Below, piece after piece: positions 37,856 to 47,639 of a DNA stretch of 64,000 nt (positions within the stretch are counted from its first letter, which is position 1; each line of letters starts with the position of its first letter). Both the position numbers and the translations under genes were made by a program. The stretch lies in the IMG/VR virus record IMGVR_UViG_3300009512_000012. One strand, given 5' to 3'. This DNA comes from an uncultured virus (IMG/VR IMGVR_UViG_3300009512_000012). Taxonomy: Duplodnaviria > Heunggongvirae > Uroviricota > Caudoviricetes. The notes under the pieces are model-generated. The model ran no database searches. It was not told where the DNA came from and saw only the letters and a list, made by a program, of their open reading frames with translations.

Positions 37856-39474
37856 TCATCTCTAGGAATTACAACTGTCGACCACTGACTTCCGTATTCT
37901 GTACTTTCATACGGGTCATTTAAACCATCATCTACAAAACCAAAAGGTGCCATATCGGATTCTAATTGATTTTGTGTTTCTGAATACATTTTTGCACGAA
38001 TATTCATATCTGTTAATTCTTTGAAGTACGTTTGGTCACATGCCCAAGAAAACAATACTAAACACATCGCTAAATCGTCATTAGCACCCTCCTCAGCCTC
38101 GATTCGGTTTCCCTTTACAATAAATGTCGATAGTTCATTAATCATGTCAAAATCTTGAATAATTATCTTATCAGATTCTACAATTTGTTTTAAATTGGAT
38201 GTTCCTAACTTCTTTACTGACTTAGTTGTACGCACACCTAATTGTGCTTTACCACCAGAATATCCACCCCCCATAATTTGTCCAGCACGGCCACGCATAT
38301 AACACATAACAATATTGTCGTATTCTAAATCATAGTGTAAATTATTTGAAACTTGTTCACCTATGTCATTAACTTCTACTAAAACAAATGCATGATGATA
38401 TGCTTTTGCAACTGTATTAATTTTATGTGGGAACATTAATGGTTTAATTTCATTGTCTTTAAATGTTGCAACAACTTTATATGGTATTTGTGATACATCA
38501 ATAACTGCAAACGCAGAACTATCATTTTTTGTTCCTCTTGATACATCGCATGTTATAAAGTAAGTATGGTCCTTAATAGGATTCTCATATACCTTTAATC
38601 CAGCACTTTGTTGTATAGGTTCAATATATGAAAGTTGTCTAAGTTTTGAAGCATTGATAAGTGTATTGGCAGAACCTAAAAATTCACATTCAAATTCTGT
38701 TCTAAATTGTTGTTCACTTGTATTTTTAATTGTTTCTTCTTTCCACTTTTCATCTCTGCCTGGTACTTCACTCCAATGTACTTCAATCGGTATGTAAGTA
38801 TTTCTTTTGTGTTCAGCATCATTCCATAATTTGTAAAACATATTCATACCATGTGGTGTAGATACAATTATAACTTTTGTATTCTTACCAGAAGATATTG
38901 TAGGATAAACAGAACTAAAAAAATCTTCAGCAACATTCGCTGGTACATAAGCAAATTCGTCTAAGAAAATAATATTATAAGAACCACCTCTAACAGCAGA
39001 AGCTGATGTAGATGATGCAAGAATTTTAGAACCATTTTCTAATTCTAAAGAACCTTTATTCCATGATAGTATTCCTTGTTGTAACCAAGTTGGAAGATTT
39101 TCATATGCAAGTTGTAATCTTCCTAATAAATCTCTAGCAGTTGCAGCTTTGTTAGCAAGTATAGCAATATTAACATTTGCATTAAATAACGCATAATGTA
39201 ATAAGTAGGATATCATGATTGTTGATTTACCTGATTGTCTAGGTAACTTACAAATTGTAAATCTGTTATTATGAAAAGTACCAATCATTTCTTTTTGAAA
39301 TGTATATGGTTTAAAAGGAATTAAACCTTCGTCTAAAGAAACAATTTGTATATAAGTTTGTACAAAGTATAGTGGGTCATCCATACACTTTTGATATTCT
39401 AATATTTGGTCTTTAGTCCACTCTTCAGGTATGTTTGCCTTTTTGAGATTAGGATTACCTAGATAACTTTCCAT
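37852..39474 (-). CDS. 17: terminase large subunit (gp17)
   Basis: YLGNPNLK, PRQSGKST, LANK...A, FLDEFA, STP.G.N.F, DV.RG, DDL.M. Confidence 0.98.
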   Translation of the reverse strand: MESYLGNPNLKKANIPEEWTKDQILEYQKCMDDPLYFVQTYIQIVSLDEGLIPFKPYTFQKEMIGTFHNNRFTICKLPRQSGKSTIMISYLLHYALFNANVNIAILANKAATARDLLGRLQLAYENLPTWLQQGILSWNKGSLELENGSKILASSTSASAVRGGSYNIIFLDEFAYVPANVAEDFFSSVYPTISSGKNTKVIIVSTPHGMNMFYKLWNDAEHKRNTYIPIEVHWSEVPGRDEKWKEETIKNTSEQQFRTEFECEFLGSANTLINASKLRQLSYIEPIQQSAGLKVYENPIKDHTYFITCDVSRGTKNDSSAFAVIDVSQIPYKVVATFKDNEIKPLMFPHKINTVAKAYHHAFVLVEVNDIGEQVSNNLHYDLEYDNIVMCYMRGRAGQIMGGGYSGGKAQLGVRTTKSVKKLGTSNLKQIVESDKIIIQDFDMINELSTFIVKGNRIEAEEGANDDLAMCLVLFSWACDQTYFKELTDMNIRAKMYSETQNQLESDMAPFGFVDDGLNDPYESTEYGSQWSTVVIPRDD

Positions 39475-39887
39475 TAATCTTTTTTCTTTAACATCTTTTG
39501 TAATTCAGCAGTTGAACCAACAAACAAAGCATTCGTAACATTTTTAGGACCAGTTTCAGGTATCTCTTTTAACTTTTTCATTTTTGTTTGTAAGTCAACA
39601 AGTTTCTCTGTAACATCTGCAACGCTCTTTATTAAGTTTCCAGCAACTTCATATGCTCTTGGGTGTTCAGATTCTTGAGCAAGTTCTAAAATACCTTCAA
39701 CAGCATCTTGTCCTCTTTCAATTAAGTTATAAAAATTTTCTCTTTGATACTTGTAATCTTTATCCATATCATCGTCAGACGATTCTAGTTTAGGTCTAGG
39801 TATTACTGCTTGTTTTTTAGTTTCTCTTTTAACATCATCAACAACACCTAATGCCTTATCGATTATATTTTCTACATTGTCTGTCAT
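39474..39887 (-). CDS. 16: terminase small subunit (gp16)
   Basis: DY.Y.R, HPRAYEV, NALFVGST.ELQK.L. Confidence 0.95.
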   Translation of the reverse strand: MTDNVENIIDKALGVVDDVKRETKKQAVIPRPKLESSDDDMDKDYKYQRENFYNLIERGQDAVEGILELAQESEHPRAYEVAGNLIKSVADVTEKLVDLQTKMKKLKEIPETGPKNVTNALFVGSTAELQKMLKKKD

Positions 39888-40789
39888 ATTTGTATCTCAT
39901 TCATAGTAGTTCTAGTACTTGTTTTTCCACCTCTTACACCACAATATTTTTTACAAATGTCTGGTGCATTTTCTGGGTTGTTTTTTAACATAATATGAAA
40001 GTCTTTCCATTCCTTCGAATTAATAACATCTTCCATACTATTAATATTACTTATATGAAACTTATCTTTAGTTAAATGAGGAAATGGTTTATTATCTGTT
40101 TGGAATCCCCAACAACATGGTAATAAGTTGCCCATATAATCCCAACCATATTCTTTACTACCATCAAGACACTTAGGATTAAAATCATTTTTTCTTTCTT
40201 TTTGTGTAAATGATACTTCAGGTTTTAAAGAAGAATCATCATCAAATCTTGAAGATTCAATAAGAATAAATTCCATATTATGTTTTACTGCCATTTGATA
40301 AGCTTCAAGTTGTGTATCTTCGTTATACTCAAATACAATATATTGCCATGCAACTCTTATTCCCACAGACTTTGCTAACTTCATCATTTCCCACAACTTT
40401 TCACCATCTTGGTTGATACGATACTTATGACTGTCTTTAGGAAATCCGTCTAAACCAAATATCCATTTTGCATTTAAGTTTGCATCAAAAGCTTTCTCGT
40501 AAAATTCTTTTGGTTGATGCGATGCGGCAGTAGATACTTCAACATCTATATTTTTATCTTTACACATTTTAAGCATATCGATAAAATCAGGATTAAATAT
40601 TGGGTCAGATATTTGTCCACAAAATTGTACTCTTTCAAAGTAGTTTGAAATTTTATCAAACTCCTCTAATGTCATATCATTTTTTGGAATTGTTTTGTTA
40701 TTCTTTTTATACCATGTTCTATCACACCCACTACATGCAAGTGTGCATCGAGAAGTAATATCTAGATTAACTGTTTTGTGTCTTGTCAT
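39884..40789 (-). CDS. radical SAM protein with C-terminal SPASM/Twitch-like domain
   Basis: CTLACSGC.R, FCGQISDP, FG.DG, WQYIVF.YNE, G.LLPCCW, CKKYC. Confidence 0.9.
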   Translation of the reverse strand: MTRHKTVNLDITSRCTLACSGCDRTWYKKNNKTIPKNDMTLEEFDKISNYFERVQFCGQISDPIFNPDFIDMLKMCKDKNIDVEVSTAASHQPKEFYEKAFDANLNAKWIFGLDGFPKDSHKYRINQDGEKLWEMMKLAKSVGIRVAWQYIVFEYNEDTQLEAYQMAVKHNMEFILIESSRFDDDSSLKPEVSFTQKERKNDFNPKCLDGSKEYGWDYMGNLLPCCWGFQTDNKPFPHLTKDKFHISNINSMEDVINSKEWKDFHIMLKNNPENAPDICKKYCGVRGGKTSTRTTMNEIQI

Positions 40790-40813
40790 AATAAAAATAA
40801 AATCAAAGTTACA

Positions 40814-41614
40814 TTATTTGTCTTCGCCAGTTGCAGGGTCAAAGTTCTTTGAATCTTGAAAGAACGATACTGTTTCATTGAAACCAAAATCGTCATCTGC
40901 TTCAGCACTTGTTGGATTTGGTGTTACTGTTACCCTTTGAGTTCTAGAAGGTGCTTTATCTGGCATATCAGCATATTGGTCAACTTGTACAGATTTAATA
41001 ACTTTACTAGAAGACACTGGGCCATAAAGATAGAATTTAGCAGTGAATGTTAAAGTATAAACAATTGCTCTTCTTTCTTCGTAATTACCTCTATAAGTAT
41101 CTTCATAAGATATTGAATTTAAAATAATTGGAATATCTCTTTTTATTCCCATATCTTGCATATCATTTATTGTTACTGTATAGTCAGGTTGAAAGTATGG
41201 AAGTATTTGTTCAACCATTTGTAAAGCATCATCAGATTGTTTTGCCATAGCGTATAATTCAAAATCTAAATTATATGGCACAGGCATATATTGGGAATCT
41301 AATTGTTTTGTATTACTCGATTTAACTTTTTTAAATTGTTGGACACGATTTAATTTTCTTACAGGGTCATAGGCAATTGCACCAATTTCAAAACCAAGAC
41401 GAGGTAAAGTAATTGCTACTTTAGAATCAAGATTTGCATCTTGGTCTAGTCTTGTTAAGAATTTTTGTTTTGGACCATATGCTAAAGGCACTTTCATTTT
41501 TTGCACAATAACACCATTGTTATCTTTTCTAACAATGTTGATGTCGTTGAAGATTGTACCGAATGTAACAACCATTCTTCTAATAGTTTCGTGATAAAAT
41601 TGTGTTCCTAACAT
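40814..41614 (-). CDS. 15: tail sheath stabiliser / completion protein (gp15)
   Basis: FGT.FN.I, VPL.YGP..KF, LPR..FE, PVPY, EQILPYFQP. Confidence 0.96.
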   Translation of the reverse strand: MLGTQFYHETIRRMVVTFGTIFNDINIVRKDNNGVIVQKMKVPLAYGPKQKFLTRLDQDANLDSKVAITLPRLGFEIGAIAYDPVRKLNRVQQFKKVKSSNTKQLDSQYMPVPYNLDFELYAMAKQSDDALQMVEQILPYFQPDYTVTINDMQDMGIKRDIPIILNSISYEDTYRGNYEERRAIVYTLTFTAKFYLYGPVSSSKVIKSVQVDQYADMPDKAPSRTQRVTVTPNPTSAEADDDFGFNETVSFFQDSKNFDPATGEDK

Positions 41615-42627
41615 TATGTTCTCCCAGCATCACCGAATGGATTAGATTCGCTGAAGTCTAATATATTTTCGTCCTCTGCTTCAAAGAACTCATTTTGAGC
41701 AGTAGTATCAATTGACATGTCACCTACTATATAGTCTTCTTGAATGATGTAATTTGCATCACCTGTATCAGCAGAATTCTCAAGAAGAATACTTTCACCA
41801 ATTGATGCTTCATCATTTTCGTGAACAACCACATCATCGTCTTCCATTAACAACGTGTCTGTATTTGATAAGTCAGTAAAAAATTCAAGAGCAATACTTT
41901 CGTTGTAAGCAGTGGTTGCTTCAAGTGTAACTTGATGTTGTAAAGCATCACCTGTAAGAGCATCTTCAATTGCATCAATATCTGCAATACCTGTATCGAT
42001 AACTTCGCTTGAGTATTCAAACTGTTTGCATCTTAATTTGTAAACAGGGTTGTTATCTAATTGATGAAAGGGTTCATCATGGTCTACAAAAGAAATTTCA
42101 AATACTTTACTTAAAATTGGATGAAATATTAAATCACCTTCTTTTGGTCGATTAGCATATGTACTAGTTGATGCAGCCTCACCTCTTAAATATCCACTAT
42201 CAAAAGATGCTGATAATATATTAGTTGTTGTTGATGTAATTGTACCAGATTCTAAAAGTATTGAACCTTCAGTTGTATTTGTTGCAGTTTCTAAATCCAT
42301 TTGATTAGCAACGTCATCAAACCTTGTTCTACTTACAACAAATGTAATTTCGTTTCTATTTTCTAAACCAAATTGTTGAATTAATTCTTTCTCACCTTGA
42401 TATCCACCATCTGCATCTTCAACATACATTTCAATAGTTTGTGATTTATTAAATTCTGATAAAGAATCTTCACCAAAAATATTATCTCTAGCTGTTAATG
42501 TTCTATCGATGTAATTAACATCATGACCATGAATCTGAATTGCTTCTTTAACTAAATTAGCATATAGATTTTGTTCGGCCTTAGTTGCCGATTGACCTGA
42601 TGTTTTAAATGCACTGTTAACAGCCAT
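41614..42627 (-). CDS. 14: neck protein (gp14) with acidic insertions
   Basis: EQ.L...L..E.I...G.D..Y, RP.EGDLI..P, FEI.FV....PF.QL, DFSE.NPFG. Confidence 0.94.
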   Translation of the reverse strand: MAVNSAFKTSGQSATKAEQNLYANLVKEAIQIHGHDVNYIDRTLTARDNIFGEDSLSEFNKSQTIEMYVEDADGGYQGEKELIQQFGLENRNEITFVVSRTRFDDVANQMDLETATNTTEGSILLESGTITSTTTNILSASFDSGYLRGEAASTSTYANRPKEGDLIFHPILSKVFEISFVDHDEPFHQLDNNPVYKLRCKQFEYSSEVIDTGIADIDAIEDALTGDALQHQVTLEATTAYNESIALEFFTDLSNTDTLLMEDDDVVVHENDEASIGESILLENSADTGDANYIIQEDYIVGDMSIDTTAQNEFFEAEDENILDFSESNPFGDAGRT

Positions 42628-42632
42628 TATTT

Positions 42633-43445
42633 CTATCCCTTAATTATCATATCAGGATATTGTAAGTTTTCAATATATGTCTCTAGTTTTTCTATTTCTT
42701 CTTGAGCCTGACTGAATATTTGTTCGCCATTCATTGTTACTCCACCAAGTAAAGTAACGTTTTGAAACTTTGATAAGTTCATACCCCATTGTTTTTTAAT
42801 TAACGCCGAAGCATATCTTTTTAAATGCATGTTATTATAGATATCGGTATATGTATCTGGGTCTAGTTGTCTGTAACATTCAATGATAAGATAATCATCA
42901 ACGTTAACATCGCCAGTCCAATCCATATCTAGATATAATCTTCCTTGATGTTCTGTAAATCTAATAGGTTTTTCACCAACTAATATGTGTGATAAATAAT
43001 CAAGGTGTTGCATTGTCATTTCATAATGAACAATACTTGTTGAAGAAAAATCATACAAATCATTTAATCTTAATTGATAACGAATATCAAACATATTGTT
43101 TGTAGCCGCATTGTCAAATGAAAAAATGCTTAGTACAGAAACTATACTTGATGGCATAGGAATATAATTTCTTCCCTCTTCAAAAGTCGCTGTTACTGTG
43201 TTGTCTGCTCTATCAGTTGCAGTAGTGGTATCATTACTTAAAGCTCTTGTTCTATCTGCTTCTGTAATTTTATATTTAAGATACATCTTTTCAACACTAT
43301 CATAATAGTAGTGAGCAAAGTATTGTATCGCTTCGTCTATTCTATCGTCAACTTGGTCGTCACTGACATTAATATCAATTACTCCAAAACCTAAGTTTCT
43401 TAAACAATAATTTTTGAATGTTGTCTTTGAATTTGGTGTTGCCAT
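42633..43445 (-). CDS. 13: neck protein (gp13)
   Basis: YCLR.LG..VI.INV...Q..DRID.A, K.QWG.NL.KF, GGVT.NG. Confidence 0.96.
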   Translation of the reverse strand: MATPNSKTTFKNYCLRNLGFGVIDINVSDDQVDDRIDEAIQYFAHYYYDSVEKMYLKYKITEADRTRALSNDTTTATDRADNTVTATFEEGRNYIPMPSSIVSVLSIFSFDNAATNNMFDIRYQLRLNDLYDFSSTSIVHYEMTMQHLDYLSHILVGEKPIRFTEHQGRLYLDMDWTGDVNVDDYLIIECYRQLDPDTYTDIYNNMHLKRYASALIKKQWGMNLSKFQNVTLLGGVTMNGEQIFSQAQEEIEKLETYIENLQYPDMIIKG

Positions 43446-44226
43446 GTATTTTCCCTTTTAAGTATTTATCTAAATTGCGTTTTGGTACCCATCCCAAATC
43501 CAATATATCTGTTATATCTGCCGTATTATCTTGTCTTTCACCCACAAAACCAGATTCTAAGGGTATATTATGTAAGTATTTATCAACTAGCTCATTGACC
43601 TTTCTGCCTTTACCACTTGCAATTTCATAATTATGCTGTGACCATTCTGCGTAAAAGTCCTTACGATAGATGAATAATTTAATTGCATCTACGATATCTA
43701 ATACATGTATAAAGTCTCTTGTATGCTCAGTCTTATACGCTAATGTACCATCAATCATTTTTTGAGTTAACATTGTAGGTCTACACCCTGGTCCAAAAAC
43801 GTTTGTAAATCTTAATCCAATATGTTTACCTGTTGCCTTTGCCACAGATTCCATTGCCTTTTTTGAACCTGCATAAGGATTATTATACCATTCGTGTACA
43901 TTTGAAGATGAAGCATAAACACATGGAATTTCAAGTTTTCCACATAATTGAAACAAGTTAATAGACCAATCTACATTTGTTTCATACCATTTATCTGGGT
44001 CATCCATTGATTTACGAACATCTGCTAATGCAGCCAGATGAACTACTCTATCAAATTGTGATAAGTAATCTTCTTTTATATTTTTAAAATTAAGGGGTGC
44101 TGGATTTCCCTCAAATGTTCTCAATAAATCCCACTCTGAAACTGAATGTTTATCTTTTTTTAATTCTCTTACTACATGTGAACCGATAAATCCACTTGAA
44201 CCTGTAACCAATATTTTCATTGACAA
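43375..44226 (-). CDS. NAD-dependent epimerase/dehydratase (extended SDR)
   Basis: TGSSGFIG, HLAA, YASSS, YAGSK, LRF.NVFGP, RDFIHV.D. Confidence 0.92.
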   Translation of the reverse strand: MSMKILVTGSSGFIGSHVVRELKKDKHSVSEWDLLRTFEGNPAPLNFKNIKEDYLSQFDRVVHLAALADVRKSMDDPDKWYETNVDWSINLFQLCGKLEIPCVYASSSNVHEWYNNPYAGSKKAMESVAKATGKHIGLRFTNVFGPGCRPTMLTQKMIDGTLAYKTEHTRDFIHVLDIVDAIKLFIYRKDFYAEWSQHNYEIASGKGRKVNELVDKYLHNIPLESGFVGERQDNTADITDILDLGWVPKRNLDKYLKGKIHGNTKFKDNIQKLLFKKLRFWSN

Positions 44227-44275
44227 TACTCCATATATATGATACTAATACATACTATACAGATTTAGGTGATTA

Positions 44276-45163
44276 ATGTCAAGGGCAATTTTTAGTTTAT
44301 ATATTGAAATACCAGACGAGGAACTCGATTTCTTCGATAAGGATATTATTAGAAAGGGTAAAACGCCAACTAATATTCATACCAAACAACAATTTCAAAA
44401 ACACTATCAAAGACTAATAGATAACAAAAAACGCTATGCAGAGGCACTTGGTGTTAAGTTCTTTATGTATGAATATTCAACAGACTTCAAAGAGTATGCA
44501 AAACACTTTAAAGAGAATTATCCGTTTATCACAATGTATAACATTGTTAACAAATACAAGTTAGCATTAATGGAAAAACTTGTCAATAAGTACGATGAAG
44601 TTCTTTATCTAGACTTTGATGCTATACCTGTAACAAATGAAAACTTTTTTGATGTGTGGGATTTATCTAAAGGTATTGCAATTTTACATAACAATGATAA
44701 GATACGACCTACACATTATCATCTAGATGAAATTAAAGGTTCTATTCGTTCACCATCAGCAAAATACTTTAACGCAATGGCAATGTTAGAGGAAAATGGT
44801 TTGTCACCACAATGCGATGTAGTTAATACAGGCATCATTGGTTGTAATAAAGAACATTGGAATAAACTTAATTACTTTTCAGATTTAGATAAGTCATTTG
44901 AATTGATGCACTATTTAAGAAGTGATGAATATAAAAAGGATTCTATGTATCCAATAAATATAACGAATACATTTGGATATGATAACGAAACAATTTTCTC
45001 ATATAAATTAAAAAAACAAAATGTGCCTGTTCAATGGTTAAATCACCAATGGCATTATTTTTATGATTATGAAATGCATATACCTAAAGAAACAAAGATA
45101 GTACACGCTATCAATAAGGAGTTTGATTATGTCTGGCGATATGAAAAAAAGATTAATTTTTAG
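44276..45163 (+). CDS. GT-A-like glycosyltransferase (DxD)
   Basis: YDEVLYLDFD, NTGIIG, DNET.FSY, WH, IVH.INK. Confidence 0.7.
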   Translation: MSRAIFSLYIEIPDEELDFFDKDIIRKGKTPTNIHTKQQFQKHYQRLIDNKKRYAEALGVKFFMYEYSTDFKEYAKHFKENYPFITMYNIVNKYKLALMEKLVNKYDEVLYLDFDAIPVTNENFFDVWDLSKGIAILHNNDKIRPTHYHLDEIKGSIRSPSAKYFNAMAMLEENGLSPQCDVVNTGIIGCNKEHWNKLNYFSDLDKSFELMHYLRSDEYKKDSMYPINITNTFGYDNETIFSYKLKKQNVPVQWLNHQWHYFYDYEMHIPKETKIVHAINKEFDYVWRYEKKINF

Positions 45164-45968
45164 TATGTACACAACATCTATTAATTTAGATGAAAGAAGT
45201 AATTCTGCAAGAATTGGTGGTGCTGGAAATATGTTTGAAAAACATTTTGAAAGACTTGTACAGGGTCACAAAGCATTAGCAGAAATGTGGGATGCTGATT
45301 ATATTTTAGATATGCCTAGTCAAACCGATTCTGTTAAAGAATTCGATAAACTTACAATGTGGAAACTTTTTAAATTAGAAGAGTATGTTGAACAATACGA
45401 ACAAGTTCTATATCTTGATTTGGATGTTATTCCTAATCTAAAAAATATAAAGAAGAATATGTTTGAAGAGTTTGATTTTACAAAAATTGTTTCGGGGTGT
45501 AATGACACACATGATTTAGCATTATTTAAAAATGTTCATGAAATGAGAGATAAAGATAATTGGTATAAATCTCTTGACAAGTATCATTGGTCAGTCAAAA
45601 CAAAAATGTTTCATCATATGTTACTATCACAATTAATTGAACCTAAGTTCTATCGTATGATTAATACTGGTATATGGGGTGGAAGTAAAACTGCTACTAA
45701 TAAATTAAAATTTAGTAAAAGATTTGATGAATGTAAAGAAGTCCTTGACGAAATCAAAGACATGGATAATCGATACTTCTACAATAACGAAGTTTTTATT
45801 TCTTACATTTTGGAAAAATACAAACTAGAAGATAACTTTGATTTAGTACCAGACCACTGGCATCGTTTCTTTCTTAATGACAGTAGTTATGATTCATGCA
45901 AAACAGCATGTCTTATACATGTTATGAACAAAGACTTTGAGGGTGTCTTTAAAGCTATAGATTCTTAA
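45141..45968 (+). CDS. GT-A-like glycosyltransferase (DxD), tandem paralogue
   Basis: YEQVLYLDLD, NTGIWG, NNE..ISY, WH, LIH..NK. Start MKKR at 45141. Confidence 0.7.
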   Translation: MKKRLIFSMYTTSINLDERSNSARIGGAGNMFEKHFERLVQGHKALAEMWDADYILDMPSQTDSVKEFDKLTMWKLFKLEEYVEQYEQVLYLDLDVIPNLKNIKKNMFEEFDFTKIVSGCNDTHDLALFKNVHEMRDKDNWYKSLDKYHWSVKTKMFHHMLLSQLIEPKFYRMINTGIWGGSKTATNKLKFSKRFDECKEVLDEIKDMDNRYFYNNEVFISYILEKYKLEDNFDLVPDHWHRFFLNDSSYDSCKTACLIHVMNKDFEGVFKAIDS

Positions 45969-46593
45969 TATCTAAAAGAGTTTGTAAAATTTCAACGGGG
46001 TCTTTTGCTTTTCTTAATTTAGATTTCAATTCTCTATCTTCACAATTTTTAACAACATCTAGTTCAAAGGCTGCAAGTTTAACAATAAACAAATCTTCTT
46101 TTTGTTTCTCTGCGTTAAACTCTTCAAAGAAAAGTTTTAAACCATAGGAATAAAATTTTGTATCTACTTTAGATGATTGAGTTTCACTATCATAATACGC
46201 AATAGGGTCAATTAATAAACCCATTTCTTTTCCAACACGAACAGCATACTCTTTAAAATGTCTTTCTTCTCGTTTAATTCTTTTGTATGTGTTTTCGTGC
46301 ATCGTGTCTAAATCAGTAAGTGTCAAAAGTTTTTGTGTGTACTTATCATCCTCATTCCAATTAAAGTTAATTTCAGTTTCTTTACCAGTTTCTTCTATTG
46401 TGTAATAAACTCTTACATGAGTTCTTTCATCATTGGTAAACTCAGCACGAATAAAATTATCTTTTTGCCAAAGACAAAAAATTGTATCTTTATCATCTGT
46501 CCAATGAACAGGTTCTAAATATTCTGACATAGGTGTCTGGTCTGTTGCTGGAAGTGGTTTAGTATCTAGGGGAATGTTTTTTAGTTCAGTCAT
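45955..46593 (-). CDS. hypothetical protein
   Basis: 212-aa ORF with GGAG SD. Confidence 0.65.
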   Translation of the reverse strand: MTELKNIPLDTKPLPATDQTPMSEYLEPVHWTDDKDTIFCLWQKDNFIRAEFTNDERTHVRVYYTIEETGKETEINFNWNEDDKYTQKLLTLTDLDTMHENTYKRIKREERHFKEYAVRVGKEMGLLIDPIAYYDSETQSSKVDTKFYSYGLKLFFEEFNAEKQKEDLFIVKLAAFELDVVKNCEDRELKSKLRKAKDPVEILQTLLDIKNL

Positions 46594-46621
46594 AATATAA
46601 TCTCCAAAAATTATTTAATAG

Positions 46622-47581
46622 TTAAGAACGAAGTGCCTTAAAGGTAAAAGTTGAAATAGTTGCAGCAGAACCGTTAGGAAATTTCTGTGAACGATAATCA
46701 TCACCGCCAACAAATCTATTTGTTTCTGTACCTGAACCATCAAGTTTTGTATCAGTCATTGCCGTTCCTTTTGCAACACCTGAACCATTTATATTGTAAT
46801 CAATATTATGGTCTGCAGCTACAGCATCATCAACTGCTAGTTTTCTAGTGTAGTTTTGTAGTAACGCTTCGATGTCTGCTTCTGCAAATTGATTTAAGTT
46901 TTTATTTGTATTATCGATAAACAACAATGTTCTCGCAGGTGTGTTATCAACACCATCTCTTTTAAAAAGAAAGAAGCTGTTTATTATTTCATTGTGTGTT
47001 TGAGCAGTACCAGCTGTACCTATAGAACCCTCTGCATATTCAGAGACATCAGCTCTTGTATCAATAAAAACAGCAGTAGAAGAAATTAGTGTATGATTAC
47101 TCAATGAATCTGCATTGTGAATTGTGAACATTCCTCCATAATCACCTGCTGTTCCTTCACTGGCAGCAGTCATAAGAACTAATGCTGGTTTAATAAAAGT
47201 ATCAACAAAGTCTGCTTCTGTCATAGACCGAATCGCTCCAGCAGAGTTATCCCAATAAACAGGAAATGCCACACTATTAGTATCTCCAGCCGCACTTACA
47301 GAAGCCTTTGTTTGTGATATCTTATCAAAATTAGTTGTGGTTGTTTGTAAAGCACCAGAGCCAGGGTGGGAAGAATTTTGAACTACGGCTGCTGAAGCAA
47401 AAAGTCTTGTATCATCCATTGATGGTGAAATATTACCACTACCAGAAACCTGTGAACATGTCACAGATGGGTCTGCGGCATATCGGAATATCGCTTGTTT
47501 TACATACTCTAATACTTCACCTGCAGAAGTCTCAATAAGACTGTTACTGCCATCGTAGTATAAAGGGGCTCTTACTGTCAT
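46622..47581 (-). CDS. putative virion structural protein
   Basis: Ala/Ser/Thr/Gly-rich; DT.L repeats and C-terminal Y..Q.FP.G; located in the structural module. Confidence 0.65.
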   Translation of the reverse strand: MTVRAPLYYDGSNSLIETSAGEVLEYVKQAIFRYAADPSVTCSQVSGSGNISPSMDDTRLFASAAVVQNSSHPGSGALQTTTTNFDKISQTKASVSAAGDTNSVAFPVYWDNSAGAIRSMTEADFVDTFIKPALVLMTAASEGTAGDYGGMFTIHNADSLSNHTLISSTAVFIDTRADVSEYAEGSIGTAGTAQTHNEIINSFFLFKRDGVDNTPARTLLFIDNTNKNLNQFAEADIEALLQNYTRKLAVDDAVAADHNIDYNINGSGVAKGTAMTDTKLDGSGTETNRFVGGDDYRSQKFPNGSAATISTFTFKALRS

Positions 47582-47607
47582 TTCATAATCTCCTAATAAT
47601 TATTAAC

Positions 47608-47636
47608 ATAATACATTTATATATGTACTTTGTCAA
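47608..47636 (-). promoter_or_regulatory. sigma70-like promoter with embedded near-late box
   Basis: TTGACA-17bp-TATTAT; the spacer contains TATAAATG. Confidence 0.55.
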
Positions 47637-47639
47637 CCA

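Noticed and set aside
1259..39474. Introns or inteins in gp43, gp46, UvsW, gp20, gp17
   Set aside because: The ORFs are continuous and of ordinary length, with no intein-like blocks seen.
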